From positions 1 through 51,229 of the forward strand of contig JACRCW010000021.1 in the NCBI GenBank assembly GCA_016218805.1: 51,229 nt of DNA, in the 5' to 3' direction. Source of the stretch: Deltaproteobacteria bacterium (GTDB lineage: Bacteria > Myxococcota > JACRCW01). This document shows, piece by piece, positions 38,602-49,767 of the stretch (position 1 is its first letter; the number at the start of each line of letters is the position of its first letter). The notes under the pieces were generated by a model. That model ran no database searches and was not told the DNA's origin. It was given only the letters and a program-made list of their open reading frames with translations. The translations under genes were made by a program, and so were the position numbers.

Positions 38602-40650
38602 TCAGACCAGGCCCAGCGCGGACAGCGCCAGGTCCAACAGCTTGATGCCCGCAAACGGCGCCACCACGCCGCCCACGCCGTAGATCAGCAGTGACCGCCG
38701 CAGCAGCGCGGCCGCGCCCAGCGGACGGTACGCCACGCCGCGCAGCGCCAGCGGAATGAGCAGGATGATGATGAGTGCGTTGAAGATGACCGCCGCCAGG
38801 ATGGCGCTGCGCGGGGATGCCAGCCCCATCACGTTGAGCGGCGCAATCTCCGGGAATGCCACCACAAACAACGCCGGCAGGATGGCAAAGTACTTGGCGA
38901 CGTCATTGGCGATGGAGAACGTGGTGAGACAGCCGCGCGTCATGAGCAATTGCTTGCCAATCTCCACCACCTCCAGAAGCTTGGTGGGATTGGAATCCAG
39001 GTCCACCATGTTGCCCGCTTCCTTGGCGGCCTGCGTTCCGCTGTTCATGGCCACGCCCACATCCGCCTGGGCCAGCGCGGGGGCGTCGTTGGTGCCGTCT
39101 CCGGTCATGGCCACCAGCCGGCCCCGCGCCTGCTCGTCCTTGATCCGCTGCATCTTGGTTTCCGGCGTTGCCTGCGCCAGGAAATCATCCACGCCCGCCT
39201 CCCGGGCAATGGCGGCGGCCGTGTTGGGGTTGTCCCCGGTGATCATCACCGTGCGGATGCCCATGGCGCGGAACCGGTCGAATCGTTCCTTCATCCCGGA
39301 CTTCACCGTGTCCTTGAGGTGGATGATTCCAAGCAATTGCCCGTTGTCGCTCACGGCCAGCGGCGTCCCTCCGTCGTCACCAATGCGCCGGGCGATACTC
39401 CGGGCCTCCTCCAGCACGGTCACGTCCCGCACGCCGCTGGCCTGAATCACCGCATCCACCGCGCCCTTGCGCACCTGCCGGCTGCCCACGTCCGCCCCGC
39501 TCATGCGCGTGTGCGCGCTGAACGGAATGAACGTCACGCCGTTGTTGCCATCCGCGCGGGGTGGCGTGCCGTAGCGGCTGTCCGCCAGCGCCAGGACGGA
39601 ACGGCCCTCCGGCGTGTCATCCGCCGTGGAGGAGAGCACCGCGGCGTCCGTGAGGCGCTCCTGCGCCACGCCCCGCAGCGGGATGAATTCCGCGGCCATG
39701 CGGTTGCCCAGCGTGATGGTCCCCGTCTTGTCCAGCAGGATGATGTCCACGTCGCCCGCGGCCTCCACCGCGCGCCCGCTGGTGGCCACAATGTTCTTGC
39801 GGATGAGCCGGTCCATCCCGGCGATGCCGATGGCGGACAGCAACCCGCCGATGGTGGTGGGGATGAGACAGACCAGCAGCGCAACCACCACCGTGGCCCC
39901 CAGCGTCACGCCGGAATACGCCGCCAGCGGCACCAGACTGACGCAGGCCACCAGGAAGATCATCGTGAGACCCACCAGCAGGATGTGCAGCGCCAGTTCG
40001 TTGGGCGTCTTCTGCCGGCGCGCGCCCTCCACCAGGGTGATCATGCGGTCCAGGAAGCTCTCGCCGGGATTGCTGGTGATGCGCACCACGATGCGGTCGC
40101 TGAGCACGCGGGTGCCCCCGGTCACTGCGGAGCGGTCGCCCCCGCTCTCGCGGATGACCGGCGCGGACTCGCCGGTGATGGCGGACTCGTCAACCGAAGC
40201 GATGCCCTCGGTGATCTCGCCGTCGCCCGGGATGACCTGGCCGGCCTCAACGACCACCATGTCGCCCTTGCGCAGCACGCTGGACGGGACCTGCTCCTCG
40301 CGCCCCTCCACCAGGCGGCGGGCCATGGTCTCTTTGCGCATCTTACGCAGCGTGTCCGCCTGCGCCCGGCCCCGGCCTTCGGCCACCGCCTCAGCAAAGT
40401 TGGCAAACAGCACGGTGAACCACAGCCACAGCGTCACGCTGCCGGTGAACCAGGCGGGCTCCGCCCAGGCAGGACGGGCGAGCAGGTCCCGCAGCCACAG
40501 TGCGGTGGTCAACACGCTTCCCACCGCCACCACAAACATCACGGGATTGCGCATCACCGCGCGCGGGTGAAGCTTGGCAAACGCCTGGACGACGGCGTTA
40601 CGGAGGATGGGCCCGTCCCACAGCGAAACCGCCTTGAGCTTGGAGGTCAT
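38602..40650 (-). CDS. kdpB: K+-transporting ATPase subunit B
   Basis: [45 protein letters not shown]. Confidence 0.97.
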   Translation of the reverse strand: MTSKLKAVSLWDGPILRNAVVQAFAKLHPRAVMRNPVMFVVAVGSVLTTALWLRDLLARPAWAEPAWFTGSVTLWLWFTVLFANFAEAVAEGRGRAQADTLRKMRKETMARRLVEGREEQVPSSVLRKGDMVVVEAGQVIPGDGEITEGIASVDESAITGESAPVIRESGGDRSAVTGGTRVLSDRIVVRITSNPGESFLDRMITLVEGARRQKTPNELALHILLVGLTMIFLVACVSLVPLAAYSGVTLGATVVVALLVCLIPTTIGGLLSAIGIAGMDRLIRKNIVATSGRAVEAAGDVDIILLDKTGTITLGNRMAAEFIPLRGVAQERLTDAAVLSSTADDTPEGRSVLALADSRYGTPPRADGNNGVTFIPFSAHTRMSGADVGSRQVRKGAVDAVIQASGVRDVTVLEEARSIARRIGDDGGTPLAVSDNGQLLGIIHLKDTVKSGMKERFDRFRAMGIRTVMITGDNPNTAAAIAREAGVDDFLAQATPETKMQRIKDEQARGRLVAMTGDGTNDAPALAQADVGVAMNSGTQAAKEAGNMVDLDSNPTKLLEVVEIGKQLLMTRGCLTTFSIANDVAKYFAILPALFVVAFPEIAPLNVMGLASPRSAILAAVIFNALIIILLIPLALRGVAYRPLGAAALLRRSLLIYGVGGVVAPFAGIKLLDLALSALGLV

Positions 40651-40652
40651 GG

Positions 40653-42374
40653 TCAGAAGACCTTTCCGGCGGCACCCAGGAAGTGCTCCACCAGCGGCCC
40701 CAGTGCCAGCGCGGGGAAGAACGTCAACGCCCCCACGATCACCACAACTCCTGTGAGCAGAACGGTGAACAGCGCCCCGTCGGTGGGGAACGTGCCGGGG
40801 GACGGCGGCACCGTCTTCTTGCGCGCCATGGTACCCGCCACCGCCAGCGCGGGAATGATGAGCCAGAAGCGGCCCGCCAACACGGCCACGCCCAGCGTGA
40901 CGTTGTAAAACAGCGTGTTTGCGGAAAGTCCGGCAAATGCGCTGCCGTTGTTTCCCGCGGCACTGGAGTACGCGTACAGGAGCTCTGACAGGCCGTGCGG
41001 GCCGGCGTTGTTGAGCGAGGACACGCCGTACTCGGCCACCGCCGCCCAGCCGGTGAATGCCAGGATGACCAACGGGAAGATGAGGATGTACAGCGTGACC
41101 AGCTTGATATCCCGCGGTTCGATCTTCTTACCCAGGTATTCCGGCGTGCGGCCCACCATCAGGCCCGCCAGGAACACGCTCAACAGCACCATGATGAGCA
41201 TGCCCATCAGCCCCGCGCCCACACCGCCAAAGATGACCTCTCCCAATTGGATGTTCACCATGGGCACCAAGCCACCCAGCGCGCTGAAGCTGTCATGCAT
41301 GCTGTTGACGGCGCCACAGGACGCGTCCGTGGTGACGGTGGCGAATAGGGCCGAATTGGCAATGCCGAACCGGACCTCCTTGCCCTCCATGTTGCCGCCA
41401 TCCTCCGCCACCGCCAATCCGGCAAACGCGGGACTGGCCTGTGCTTCGGCCGCGTAGCTCACGCCGACACCGAGGAGAAATAGCAGGCCCATGCTGGCAA
41501 GAATGGCCCAGCCATGGCGCGTGTTTCCGGCCATCAGCCCGTACGCGTAGGTCAAACCCGCGGGCATCACGAAGATGGACAGCATCTGCAGGAAGTTGGT
41601 CACGCCGTTGGGGTTCTCAAACGGGTGGGCGCTGTTGGCGTTGAAGAACCCACCGCCGTTGGTGCCCAGCATCTTGATGGCCTCCTGGGACGCCACCGGC
41701 CCCATGGCCAGCACCTGCTGCGCACCCTCCAACGTGGTGAGCTCCACGTACGCGTCCAGGTTCTGCAGCACGCCCTGGGAAACCAGCGCCAGCGCGTACA
41801 CCACGCACGCCGGCAGCAGCACAAAGAAGATCCCCCGCAGCAGGTCCACCCAGAAGTTGCCCAGCGTCGCCGGGGCGTCCCCGGCCGGAGCGGGGCGCGT
41901 CAGCCCGCGCGCCAACGCCACCGCAACCGCCAGTCCCACCGCTGCGGAGGTGAAGTTGTTCCACCCAAGGGCGGCCATCTGCACCAGGTAGCCCATCGTG
42001 GATTCGCCCGAATAGCCCTGCCAGTTGGTGTTGGTGACGAAACTGGCCGCTGTGTTGAACGCGCTGGAGGGCTCCACGTTGCCCAGGCCGGCGGGGTTGA
42101 GCGGCAACTGCACCTGCACGCGCTGCAGCAGGTACGTGTACAGGACGCTGACCGCGCTGAACGTGAGCAGCGCGCCCGCGTACTGCCTCCACGTCTGCTC
42201 CGCGGGTGACACGCCGCAGGCCCGCAACAGCGCCCGCTCAGTCACCGCGCCCAGGCGCCCCAGCGGCGCCTCCGGGGATGCGAAGACGCGGTGAAGGTAG
42301 CGACCCACGGGAGGCGTCAGGGCCAGCAACACGGCGCAATAGACCAGGATCTGGAGCCAGCCTTGCGTTGACAT
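40653..42374 (-). CDS. kdpA: K+-transporting ATPase subunit A
   Basis: [43 protein letters not shown]. Confidence 0.97.
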   Translation of the reverse strand: MSTQGWLQILVYCAVLLALTPPVGRYLHRVFASPEAPLGRLGAVTERALLRACGVSPAEQTWRQYAGALLTFSAVSVLYTYLLQRVQVQLPLNPAGLGNVEPSSAFNTAASFVTNTNWQGYSGESTMGYLVQMAALGWNNFTSAAVGLAVAVALARGLTRPAPAGDAPATLGNFWVDLLRGIFFVLLPACVVYALALVSQGVLQNLDAYVELTTLEGAQQVLAMGPVASQEAIKMLGTNGGGFFNANSAHPFENPNGVTNFLQMLSIFVMPAGLTYAYGLMAGNTRHGWAILASMGLLFLLGVGVSYAAEAQASPAFAGLAVAEDGGNMEGKEVRFGIANSALFATVTTDASCGAVNSMHDSFSALGGLVPMVNIQLGEVIFGGVGAGLMGMLIMVLLSVFLAGLMVGRTPEYLGKKIEPRDIKLVTLYILIFPLVILAFTGWAAVAEYGVSSLNNAGPHGLSELLYAYSSAAGNNGSAFAGLSANTLFYNVTLGVAVLAGRFWLIIPALAVAGTMARKKTVPPSPGTFPTDGALFTVLLTGVVVIVGALTFFPALALGPLVEHFLGAAGKVF

Positions 42375-42382
42375 GATGGGCC

Positions 42383-42472
42383 TCAGAACTTCTCGGGACG
42401 CCACAGCGCAAAGAACAGGTAGGCCAGCACCAGCGCGGTCAGGACGGCACCTGCAACGTATTCAGCGAACAT
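42383..42472 (-). CDS. kdpF: K+-transporting ATPase subunit F (29 aa; absent from the ORF track)
   Basis: MFAEYVAGAVLTALVLAYLFFALWRPEKF with YL..AL..PEKF signature; GGAGG RBS; directly before kdpA. Confidence 0.92.
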   Translation of the reverse strand: MFAEYVAGAVLTALVLAYLFFALWRPEKF

Positions 42473-42491
42473 GGCGAATCCTCCACGCCGC

Positions 42492-42575
42492 TCAGGCCCG
42501 GTCGCACAACTCGGTGAATGCCCAGCACACGCCAAAGAATGCGAGGGTGGCGATGACAAGAACGGAATCCAGCAT
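42492..42575 (-). CDS. Second small hydrophobic Kdp-associated peptide (27 aa)
   Basis: MLDSVLVIATLAFFGVCWAFTELCDRA; AGGAG RBS; fills the gap between porin and kdpF. Confidence 0.7.
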   Translation of the reverse strand: MLDSVLVIATLAFFGVCWAFTELCDRA

Positions 42576-42586
42576 GGCGTTCTCCT

Positions 42587-43783
42587 TCAGAAGTAGACCA
42601 CCGCGCCGCCCACCAGCAGGTTCTGCGTGCGCGTGCCGATCACGGTGCCGTCGTCGGTCGTTTCGGCCGTGCCGAACGCGGGCACCGAGGAGTAGTCCGA
42701 CCGCGCCTCCAGCTTGAGGGACAGGAACGGCGCCGGCATGAGTTCCACGGTGGCGGTGGCGCCCGTGAGCCACTGCTCAAAACCGGAAATGGCATTGAAT
42801 GGATCCAGGAACGTCTCCAGGCGGAACGCGAATGCCAGCTTTTCCCACTGCAACAAGCGCAGGTACGCACCGGCCGCCGCCCAGACCTGGTGCTTGTCCT
42901 TGTCAGCCTGCTGGTAGCCCACGTCCACCTGTGCGCCCAGGTTGACGTGCGGCGTGGGCTTGAGGACGACCACCAGGTCATTGAAGAAGCGCACGCGCGT
43001 GTCCAGGTACGGGCTCTGCCAGCCGGTGAGCGTGTTGCGCGCGCCGGGCAGTTCAGACCCCAGCAGCGTTCCCCACGAGAGCACCAGGCGCTCCGAGTTC
43101 CACGCCACCTGCGTGCCCACGGATTTGAACAGGTTGTTTTCCCCCGTGACCTGCCAGCCATTGAGCAGCAGGCCCGTCACGGTGACGTACCGCGGGAAAG
43201 CGTAGGAAACCTTGAGCCCGGCGGAGTAATAGGGGGAATACTCGCCGCTCCAGGCGCGCGTGTAGTTCCAGTTGTCCTTGCTGGCCATCACCTCCAGGCC
43301 CACGTGGCTGGGGAACTTCCCCGCTTCCACGGTGAGACCGCGCACAAACGGCGCCGCGTACCCCACCGATGCGGTGAGCACGTTGCGCAGGACGTCCGGA
43401 CCGGTGGCAATGCCGCGGGGTTCGCCGGCGTGAAGCACCTCAATGCCGTTGCCGAACGCCAGCGTGAGCCTCCCCAGGACGGGGCCCTTCTCCACCGCAA
43501 CATCCAGCGCCGCGAGGTTGAGCGTGAACTCATTGAAACGCTTACCTGTGCTGCCCGTGCCGGGGAGGAAGTTGGCGCCGTCCGCAGGCCGATTGGAATT
43601 GACCGCGAAATACGTGTCCACGAAACCGTGCAAAGTCACGCCGTCCAACCACTCCGGCAGGGCGGGCGGCGGAGGCGCGGGCGCAACCGGCGCTGGCGCC
43701 GCGCCGGGGAGCACCTCCTGCGCGCGGGTGGTCTCCCCGGAAAGCAGCATCACGGTGATGAGGTTCAACGGGGCCGCGCTCAT
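42587..43783 (-). CDS. Putative outer-membrane porin (OmpL/BBP2-like beta-barrel), first gene of kdp operon
   Basis: GFVDTYF, GKFPSHVGLE, DNWNYTR, PYYSAG, LNGW, C-terminal VVYF. Confidence 0.8.
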   Translation of the reverse strand: MSAAPLNLITVMLLSGETTRAQEVLPGAAPAPVAPAPPPPALPEWLDGVTLHGFVDTYFAVNSNRPADGANFLPGTGSTGKRFNEFTLNLAALDVAVEKGPVLGRLTLAFGNGIEVLHAGEPRGIATGPDVLRNVLTASVGYAAPFVRGLTVEAGKFPSHVGLEVMASKDNWNYTRAWSGEYSPYYSAGLKVSYAFPRYVTVTGLLLNGWQVTGENNLFKSVGTQVAWNSERLVLSWGTLLGSELPGARNTLTGWQSPYLDTRVRFFNDLVVVLKPTPHVNLGAQVDVGYQQADKDKHQVWAAAGAYLRLLQWEKLAFAFRLETFLDPFNAISGFEQWLTGATATVELMPAPFLSLKLEARSDYSSVPAFGTAETTDDGTVIGTRTQNLLVGGAVVYF

Positions 43784-43797
43784 GGTGGTTCTTGCAG

Positions 43798-43813
43798 AGC
43801 AACACACGAGCCA
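43798..43813 (-). promoter_or_regulatory. Sigma54 (-24/-12) promoter of porin-kdp operon
   Basis: Minus strand TGGCTCGTGTGTTGCT = GG-N10-GC; matches TGGCAC-N5-TTGCW with one mismatch. Confidence 0.75.
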
Positions 43814-43854
43814 GCTTGCCTCGCGCGAAAAGGCTCGCGTTTCTGCGGGGTGGC

Positions 43855-43888
43855 TTGCATCCCGCACGGTTGCCCTTGCGGCCTGCAA
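43855..43888. promoter_or_regulatory. Candidate tandem enhancer sites for a sigma54 activator
   Basis: TTGCATCCCGCAC (43855-43867) and TTGCGGCCTGCAA (43876-43888), 21 bp apart, upstream of the promoter. Confidence 0.45.
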
Positions 43889-43964
43889 CGGCGGCGCCCC
43901 GAACAGCGCGAACGGGTCCGTGAACGCCCGCGCACCGCCGCGGGGCGCGTGTACGCTGCACCGC

Positions 43965-44864
43965 ATGGGGATGCGGCGAGATGACCGCGCACGTCGTTCC
44001 ACTGGGGCCGCGGCGCGGCTGGTCACGTCCGCGGTGGCCATTCAGCTGACGTGGTGGGCCTGTGAGTCCGCGGACTCCTCCAAGCGGCTGCAGCCCGTGG
44101 GACTCGACAGCCTGCCGCATGCCGTGATGACGCTTTCTGTGCACGACGAGCGGTCGCAGCTTGAGGTGACCGTAGCGCTCGCCTTTGGGCGGGACGACGG
44201 GGCGGACTCCAACTGCGGCCGGCTCCGCGACGACGCCGTCGGCACGCTCAATGGCGTTCGACTCACGTCAACGGCCCTGGGGCAAATCGAGCCGAGCTGC
44301 GGCGTGGGCGACGAGACGTGTGACGAAACCGCGCGATTCACCGGTTCGTGGTGGCGTGGGTACGCGGACGGTGGAAACGCGCTCGCAGTGATCCAGGACG
44401 GGACGGGTCAGGTCAGCATGACCGTGCCGAGCGCGCTGGCCGTGCGGCAGTGGAACATGGTGGATCCGGAGGTCGTGCCGTCGGACTTCCCGCCGGTGGT
44501 GGCGTCCGGCGCGCAGCTGGTGTTTGCACGCGAGCCGCCGACGGACGTGCTGCTGCAAAGTGGCCGGGTGTGGTTCGAATACCCCGTGTTCCAGGATTGC
44601 CCCCGCGATGCGGGCGTCCCGTCTGCCGACGCGGGCGAGGTCGGTCTTCTTCTCGGCTGTTGGGTGAGCCGTGTGTCCATTGAAGGGAACAGGGTCACAA
44701 TTCGCCTGGCGGAGGGCATGCCGCCGGGGACCGGCACGCTCCACATCCACATCCCCACGCAGCCCCTGCAGGTCACCCGCTGCGAAGGAGCAGAACGGTG
44801 CACCTTCCAGAGATACGACCCTGCCGAATGGGGATGGCCACTGACCATCACGTCCGCTCCGTAA
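43965..44864 (+). CDS. Hypothetical secreted protein or lipoprotein
   Basis: Basic N-terminus, hydrophobic stretch, WWA-C; paired Cys; start uncertain. Confidence 0.55.
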   Translation: MGMRRDDRARRSTGAAARLVTSAVAIQLTWWACESADSSKRLQPVGLDSLPHAVMTLSVHDERSQLEVTVALAFGRDDGADSNCGRLRDDAVGTLNGVRLTSTALGQIEPSCGVGDETCDETARFTGSWWRGYADGGNALAVIQDGTGQVSMTVPSALAVRQWNMVDPEVVPSDFPPVVASGAQLVFAREPPTDVLLQSGRVWFEYPVFQDCPRDAGVPSADAGEVGLLLGCWVSRVSIEGNRVTIRLAEGMPPGTGTLHIHIPTQPLQVTRCEGAERCTFQRYDPAEWGWPLTITSAP

Positions 44865-45022
44865 CGCGCGACGCGGCAGGTGCACTTCGCCGGGTTGTGG
44901 CGCGTCCTACGGACAGCTCGGGTACACGCCGCCGTCGGCGGTGCACTCCGTGCATTGCGGACCGGTGAAGCCCGTGTCGCAAGCGCACAAGCCCGTGGAG
45001 GGCACGCACGTCCCGTGGCCAA

Positions 45023-45360
45023 ACGCGCTCGACTGCCCGAAGTGCCACGCGGAGATGACGGCGATCGCCATCATCGAGGGCCAGGAACAGAGCGCGCGCT
45101 ACCTGGAGCATACCGGGCAGGCCACCGTGCACCCGCAGGCCGTGGGGCCGCCGGACCTCGCCGCGTAAGCCCGACAAGGACCCATTGACGACGTGGACCA
45201 CCGGCCCGCGCAGGGTGACGCATGCCGAGAAGAGTGCCGCGGCGCAGGATGCCCGCCCGGGATGGCCGATGCATGCACACCACAGCGTTTCCAGAAGGCC
45301 GGACGGGCGGCTCTGCTCTGCGGGGCCGATGGGGGGCGTGGTCAGCGGGTCACCCGGATG
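45023..45360 (+). repeat. Direct repeat copy 1: IS91-family transposase 3' end plus downstream non-coding DNA
   Basis: ALDCPKCHAEMTAIAIIE..ARYLEH..GPP*; highly similar to 50707-51036. Confidence 0.85.
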
Positions 45361-45516
45361 GGCGGTCTACCCGTTTCACCGGCGAAAGGGCCGGTTCCGG
45401 CTGGACATGGGGAGTGGAGAGCCGCAAAGACCGCGTCGTGATCTTGGCGCAGCGGCTCCGGTGGAAGGGCGACAATGCATGGGAGTTCCTACGCGTATGG
45501 AGTGCCATTGGGCTCG

Positions 45517-47295
45517 TCAGCAGCCGTGCGTTTCGACGAGCTTGAGTGTCTGGGCCGGGCCACCACGTTTGAGTGTGAGCGAGGCTTCCGTCGTCGTGAC
45601 GGAGCAGTCGTCGCCGTCACCCACGCTGATAAGGCGGTATTCGATGCGAAGCTCCTGGCCGCTGTGCTCAAACAGCGTCCACCACCTGGTGCCCGCCTGG
45701 GGGCGCCGGGTCTTGGGAGGGTGAACGCCATCGATGCGCCCGAACGGCAACTCCGTGCCGCCCACGTTGAGCCAGACGGTGTCCTGGTCATTATCATCCA
45801 CCATGAACACGTCTTCCTTGTCCGCCATGCGCCATTTGTAGACATTCGAGAGCAGGCGCGCGGAGGCCAGAGGGAGCAACGGAGCACCGGGCGGGGGCGG
45901 AACACACTCACAACTCGAAGGTGGCGTCACGGCCACGGGAGGCGGCAGGTTGCGCCGCGGTCCCACCTTTCCAGAGTAGGACCGGACGTGCTCCAGGATG
46001 GCCGCCTTGGCCGTTTCCGGACTGGTGGCCCAGACCAGGCCGATCAACGTGTCCTGTGATGACGGGGGCCGGACCCAGATGGTGGTGCTCTCATCACCCG
46101 CAGTCGGCGTCCAACCGGTGGTGGAAACACGGACACCGTCGGGATGGACAGACAGTGGCAGTTCGCAAGTCTTGGAATACGGCAGGGCGTACGCAAACGC
46201 CGTTTTTCCCTGGACTCTCTGAGGCGGCGGAACGACGAGGCGCGCCCAGCCGGCGTCTGAAAAGACCTGGTTGATGGCGCTGCTCCGCGCATTCTGGGCC
46301 TTGCGGGACTTTTCCCATGCGGCGCGCTCCGGCGATGCGTCTGGGGGCTCGCATGCGGGGCGGGCGCTGTTCACCACGCACCCGTTCAGGACCTCGTCCT
46401 TCACCGCCGGGGGATTGAGCGAAGGGCCATGGAGCGTGGACATCAACGCGCGCTGTCCGGTGCACGCGTCCAGTGTGGTGGCACTGCTCCGCGTGTTCCA
46501 TGGCTCAACCGCATCCCGCTCGCCGATGCTCGCCAATGGAAGTGCCGCCCGCATGGCCAGATCGAACTGACCTGCTGCCGTCGCGGTGCGCGCGAGGGCT
46601 TTGCGGATCGAGTCGTTAAGTGGGTTGAGCACCATGGCGCGCTCGAGCAGACGGGAGGCTTCCAGCGGGCGACCCGCGGCCTCTTCTTCGGCGGCCTGAG
46701 TGACCAGCCTGGCGGGTGTGAGCTTATCGCGCGAAAGGTACTTCCACATGAGGAAGCCGTGGAATGGCGTGGGCGCGCCCGTCATCGGCGGTCCGTCAAA
46801 GATCAGCTCCTTGAGGGGTGGTACCTCGCCTCGCACCTCCGCCCAGTCCGAGTCCACCTTCAGCACCGTCACCGCGGTGTTGATGGGCAGCTCGGCTTCA
46901 ATCCTGGCACGGGCGTCCGCTCTGGCGCGCAGCCGGATCGAGGTGGCTGAAACAAAACCCCCGTCGTTGGCCGCAGGAGGCTTGAGCGCCATGGGACCCG
47001 GTGGTTCCGGCTCACGTGCCACGGGCTTGAGGCGTTTGAGTGCCGCGAACACCCGGGCGTGCTCGGCTTCCAGGCCCAGGCCACTCCACCATCCGGCCTG
47101 GATTTCCCATGCTTCACGCAAGGATGGGTCCGCGCGCGTGGCGTCTTCCGCGGCGACCCGCGCTTCCCGCGCTTCCGCGTGGGCCAGCTGCGTCTTGGCC
47201 CGGGCAAGGAACTCCTGCCCTCCTTGGGCCGCCTGCGCGTCAGTTGCTCCGAGGACGACCATCATGGGACCCATGACCAGCAGCCGCTGCCGCAT
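45517..47295 (-). CDS. Secreted protein with TPR-like helices and bacterial SH3-like domain
   Basis: Signal ending AQA; IRLRARA..ARIEAELPINTAVTVL....WAEV; LERAMVLNP; GAGG RBS. Confidence 0.65.
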   Translation of the reverse strand: MRQRLLVMGPMMVVLGATDAQAAQGGQEFLARAKTQLAHAEAREARVAAEDATRADPSLREAWEIQAGWWSGLGLEAEHARVFAALKRLKPVAREPEPPGPMALKPPAANDGGFVSATSIRLRARADARARIEAELPINTAVTVLKVDSDWAEVRGEVPPLKELIFDGPPMTGAPTPFHGFLMWKYLSRDKLTPARLVTQAAEEEAAGRPLEASRLLERAMVLNPLNDSIRKALARTATAAGQFDLAMRAALPLASIGERDAVEPWNTRSSATTLDACTGQRALMSTLHGPSLNPPAVKDEVLNGCVVNSARPACEPPDASPERAAWEKSRKAQNARSSAINQVFSDAGWARLVVPPPQRVQGKTAFAYALPYSKTCELPLSVHPDGVRVSTTGWTPTAGDESTTIWVRPPSSQDTLIGLVWATSPETAKAAILEHVRSYSGKVGPRRNLPPPVAVTPPSSCECVPPPPGAPLLPLASARLLSNVYKWRMADKEDVFMVDDNDQDTVWLNVGGTELPFGRIDGVHPPKTRRPQAGTRWWTLFEHSGQELRIEYRLISVGDGDDCSVTTTEASLTLKRGGPAQTLKLVETHGC

Positions 47296-47636
47296 GAAGA
47301 CCTCGCGTGTCCAACCGATACACGTCCTCATACGTCTGCGGACCCTTCCTGTCGATGATTGGCCTGCTCGGCGCTCCCAACAACAAGGCTTCCACGCAGA
47401 AATCCGTGGGTTCCGTTGAGCGCGTGCACAGAGAGCGAACGACGCCCGCCGCTTCGTCGAGGAACAACACGGGACGCGGAGCGGCCGCCCAGGGCCGCAC
47501 AAGACAGAAGACCAGACCGCGGTGAGACCCGAACACGCTCTCCTGACTGAACGCGGCGACGTCGTGGGGGGGGCGGTGCCTGGGCGGGTCACCCCGGTGA
47601 CCTCCACTCCGAACGCAGCGCACCGAACGAGCTCGC

Positions 47637-48360
47637 TTGCCGAAGAGAGTGCCGCGGTGCAGGAATTGCCCGAAGTGCGGCCATGACGACGTCGTTTGCT
47701 CTTTCTCCAAGGGCCGCGGCCCGTGCACATCCTGTTCGGCGCGGGCAATGGGAGACGGCGCGGCGCACTTGTGTGACCACGTGCTTCCGTGCGTTCCCTA
47801 TCGACAATGGGTGGTGAGCTACCCGTTTCAGATGAACGGCGCCCTGGCGTTCAAGCCGGACCTGCTGGCGGCGGGGGAGCGCATGGTGACCGACGCGCTG
47901 TGCCGCTGGCAAAAGGCGCGCGCAGATGACGACGACGGAAAGCCCGGCGGCGTGCTGGTGCGGCAGCGCTTTGGCGGGAGCTTGAATTTGCACGTTCATG
48001 CACACCTGCTGGTGATGGACGGGGTGTACCGGAGGAACGCGGGCGGCGCTTTGGTATTCGTACGCGCGCCGGAACCGACTCCGGACGAACTCTCCGCGCT
48101 GGCGGCGAGCATCCGGCGGCGGATGGACACGCTGTTCAAGCGACGCGGTCTCATCCGGCAGGACGACGACACGGGGAATCTCCCGGAACAGCTGGATGCA
48201 CTGGGCGCGTGGCGCTGGGCCAGGAAAAGCGGGAACGCCAGGGGCCCGCGCTATCGGTGGTGGACGATGTGGAGCACCCGCGCGGCGGCGTGGTGGGGAA
48301 GGCGGACGGGCTGAACGTGTACGCCTCGGACGTGATCGACGGCGACCGGGAGACTTCATG
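47637..48360 (+). pseudogene. IS91-family (Y2 HUH) transposase N-terminal remnant, frameshifted near 48200 and truncated
   Basis: CPKC..SFSKGRGPCTSC, VPYRQWVVSYP, QRFGGSLNLHVHAH..DGVY; continues in another frame as GLNVYA; no catalytic Tyr region. Confidence 0.85.
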
Positions 48361-48781
48361 GAGCATCAGGCGCTTGAGAGCCGCGGTCGCCTTGGGAGGC
48401 CTGGCCAACCCCCGAGCGACCCATTCAAGTCCTCCGCCGGCAATTTCACCTCCTCCACCTGGGTGCTCCATTCCGGCTGGATCAGGAGTGGCGTCAGGAG
48501 TTGGGTCACGGAGCCCGTCGATTGTGAGCGCTCGATTGCTCAGGTCAGGCCAACGCTCGAACAACGCGGCTCGAATGGTCCGGAAAATCACTCCCAATGA
48601 GGCTTGTCCGTAGGTGGTGGCCAACGAGGAACGAGGACTGCGGGTTGGGTCGCCGGTCCCTGGGGTTCTGTTGATTGAATTGCGGCGCTCAGCTAGGCGC
48701 CCCACGAGTTGTGTTCAAGAGCACAGCGAACCCTGTTGTTCGCTCAACCGCACACCACCGCACACCATGAGGTCTCAGCCT

Positions 48782-49489
48782 ATGAAATTCCGCGCCCGGG
48801 GAGTTCTTTTCGAGACGGTTGTCGTCAGCATCCTGGCATGCGCCTGCCAGCCAGCCGGGGAGCACTCCTGCGCGAGCGACACCGACTGCAAGGGGAGCCG
48901 GGTCTGCGTGGACGGCGCTTGCGAGGAGCCAGCTACGGCAAACACGTCAAGCAGTGGCGGAAACCAGACTTCCAGCAGCAGGGCCCCATCAACCGGCACC
49001 ACCCAGCAGCCCCTCACGGCCGGGTCGCGCCTCCAGGTGAAGCGCCTGGTTGGTGCGGATGGCTCCACACGCCAAATTGGCTTCCACGACCAGACGCTCG
49101 ATATTGATTGCGATTTCGTTCGAACGGAAGCAGGTGATTTCCTGTGCGCTCCGGTGTCTGGTGCCGGCCTGCTGGAGCCGTCCGCAGCAAGGACGTTCGG
49201 CCAGTACTACGCCGATCCGGCCTGCACAGAGCCGCTGGCAAGTTCTGATCTTGGGTCGGACAAGCTCAAGTACATTGTGGAGGGTCGGGGCACTACCGTC
49301 TTCGTCGATATTGCCGTGCTGGGCCGCGTCCTGGCTCCGGGCGCAGAGCACCTGGGGAGCCTGTATTTCAAGCAGAGTCCCACAACGGGCACCTGTGGAG
49401 TCTATGCGCGGACCAACACGCACTATTATCGGTATGGCTCTGATGTGAGCCTGTCGACGTTCGCGGCTGCCACTGTTTCCATGGAGTAA
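48782..49489 (+). CDS. Hypothetical Cys-rich lipoprotein
   Basis: LACA-C, CASDTDCKGSRVCVDGAC, Ser/Thr linker, YYADPACT; lower GC than host genes. Confidence 0.7.
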   Translation: MKFRARGVLFETVVVSILACACQPAGEHSCASDTDCKGSRVCVDGACEEPATANTSSSGGNQTSSSRAPSTGTTQQPLTAGSRLQVKRLVGADGSTRQIGFHDQTLDIDCDFVRTEAGDFLCAPVSGAGLLEPSAARTFGQYYADPACTEPLASSDLGSDKLKYIVEGRGTTVFVDIAVLGRVLAPGAEHLGSLYFKQSPTTGTCGVYARTNTHYYRYGSDVSLSTFAAATVSME

Positions 49490-49767
49490 TGGGTGACCGT
49501 TGGTCCTGGATTTGGCGCGTGCGGAACCGTCCGGGAGAGTGAGCCAGTCATCCACCTGCCAGTAGGTTCGCCGTTCTGCGCCGTGCTCACCCCAACGGGC
49601 GCCCTGCGCGTTGGTCCAGCGTGACTCGGGCGAGGGCAATCCCTTCCCGGCCACGCGGCAAAACCAAAACACGCGTTGTGGACCTTGACCCGGTGTGCGG
49701 GTGTGGCGCCGGTGCGCCAACCGGCAGGCGGCGGGACGCGCTCGCAGGGGCTGACCAGATCGGCAAG

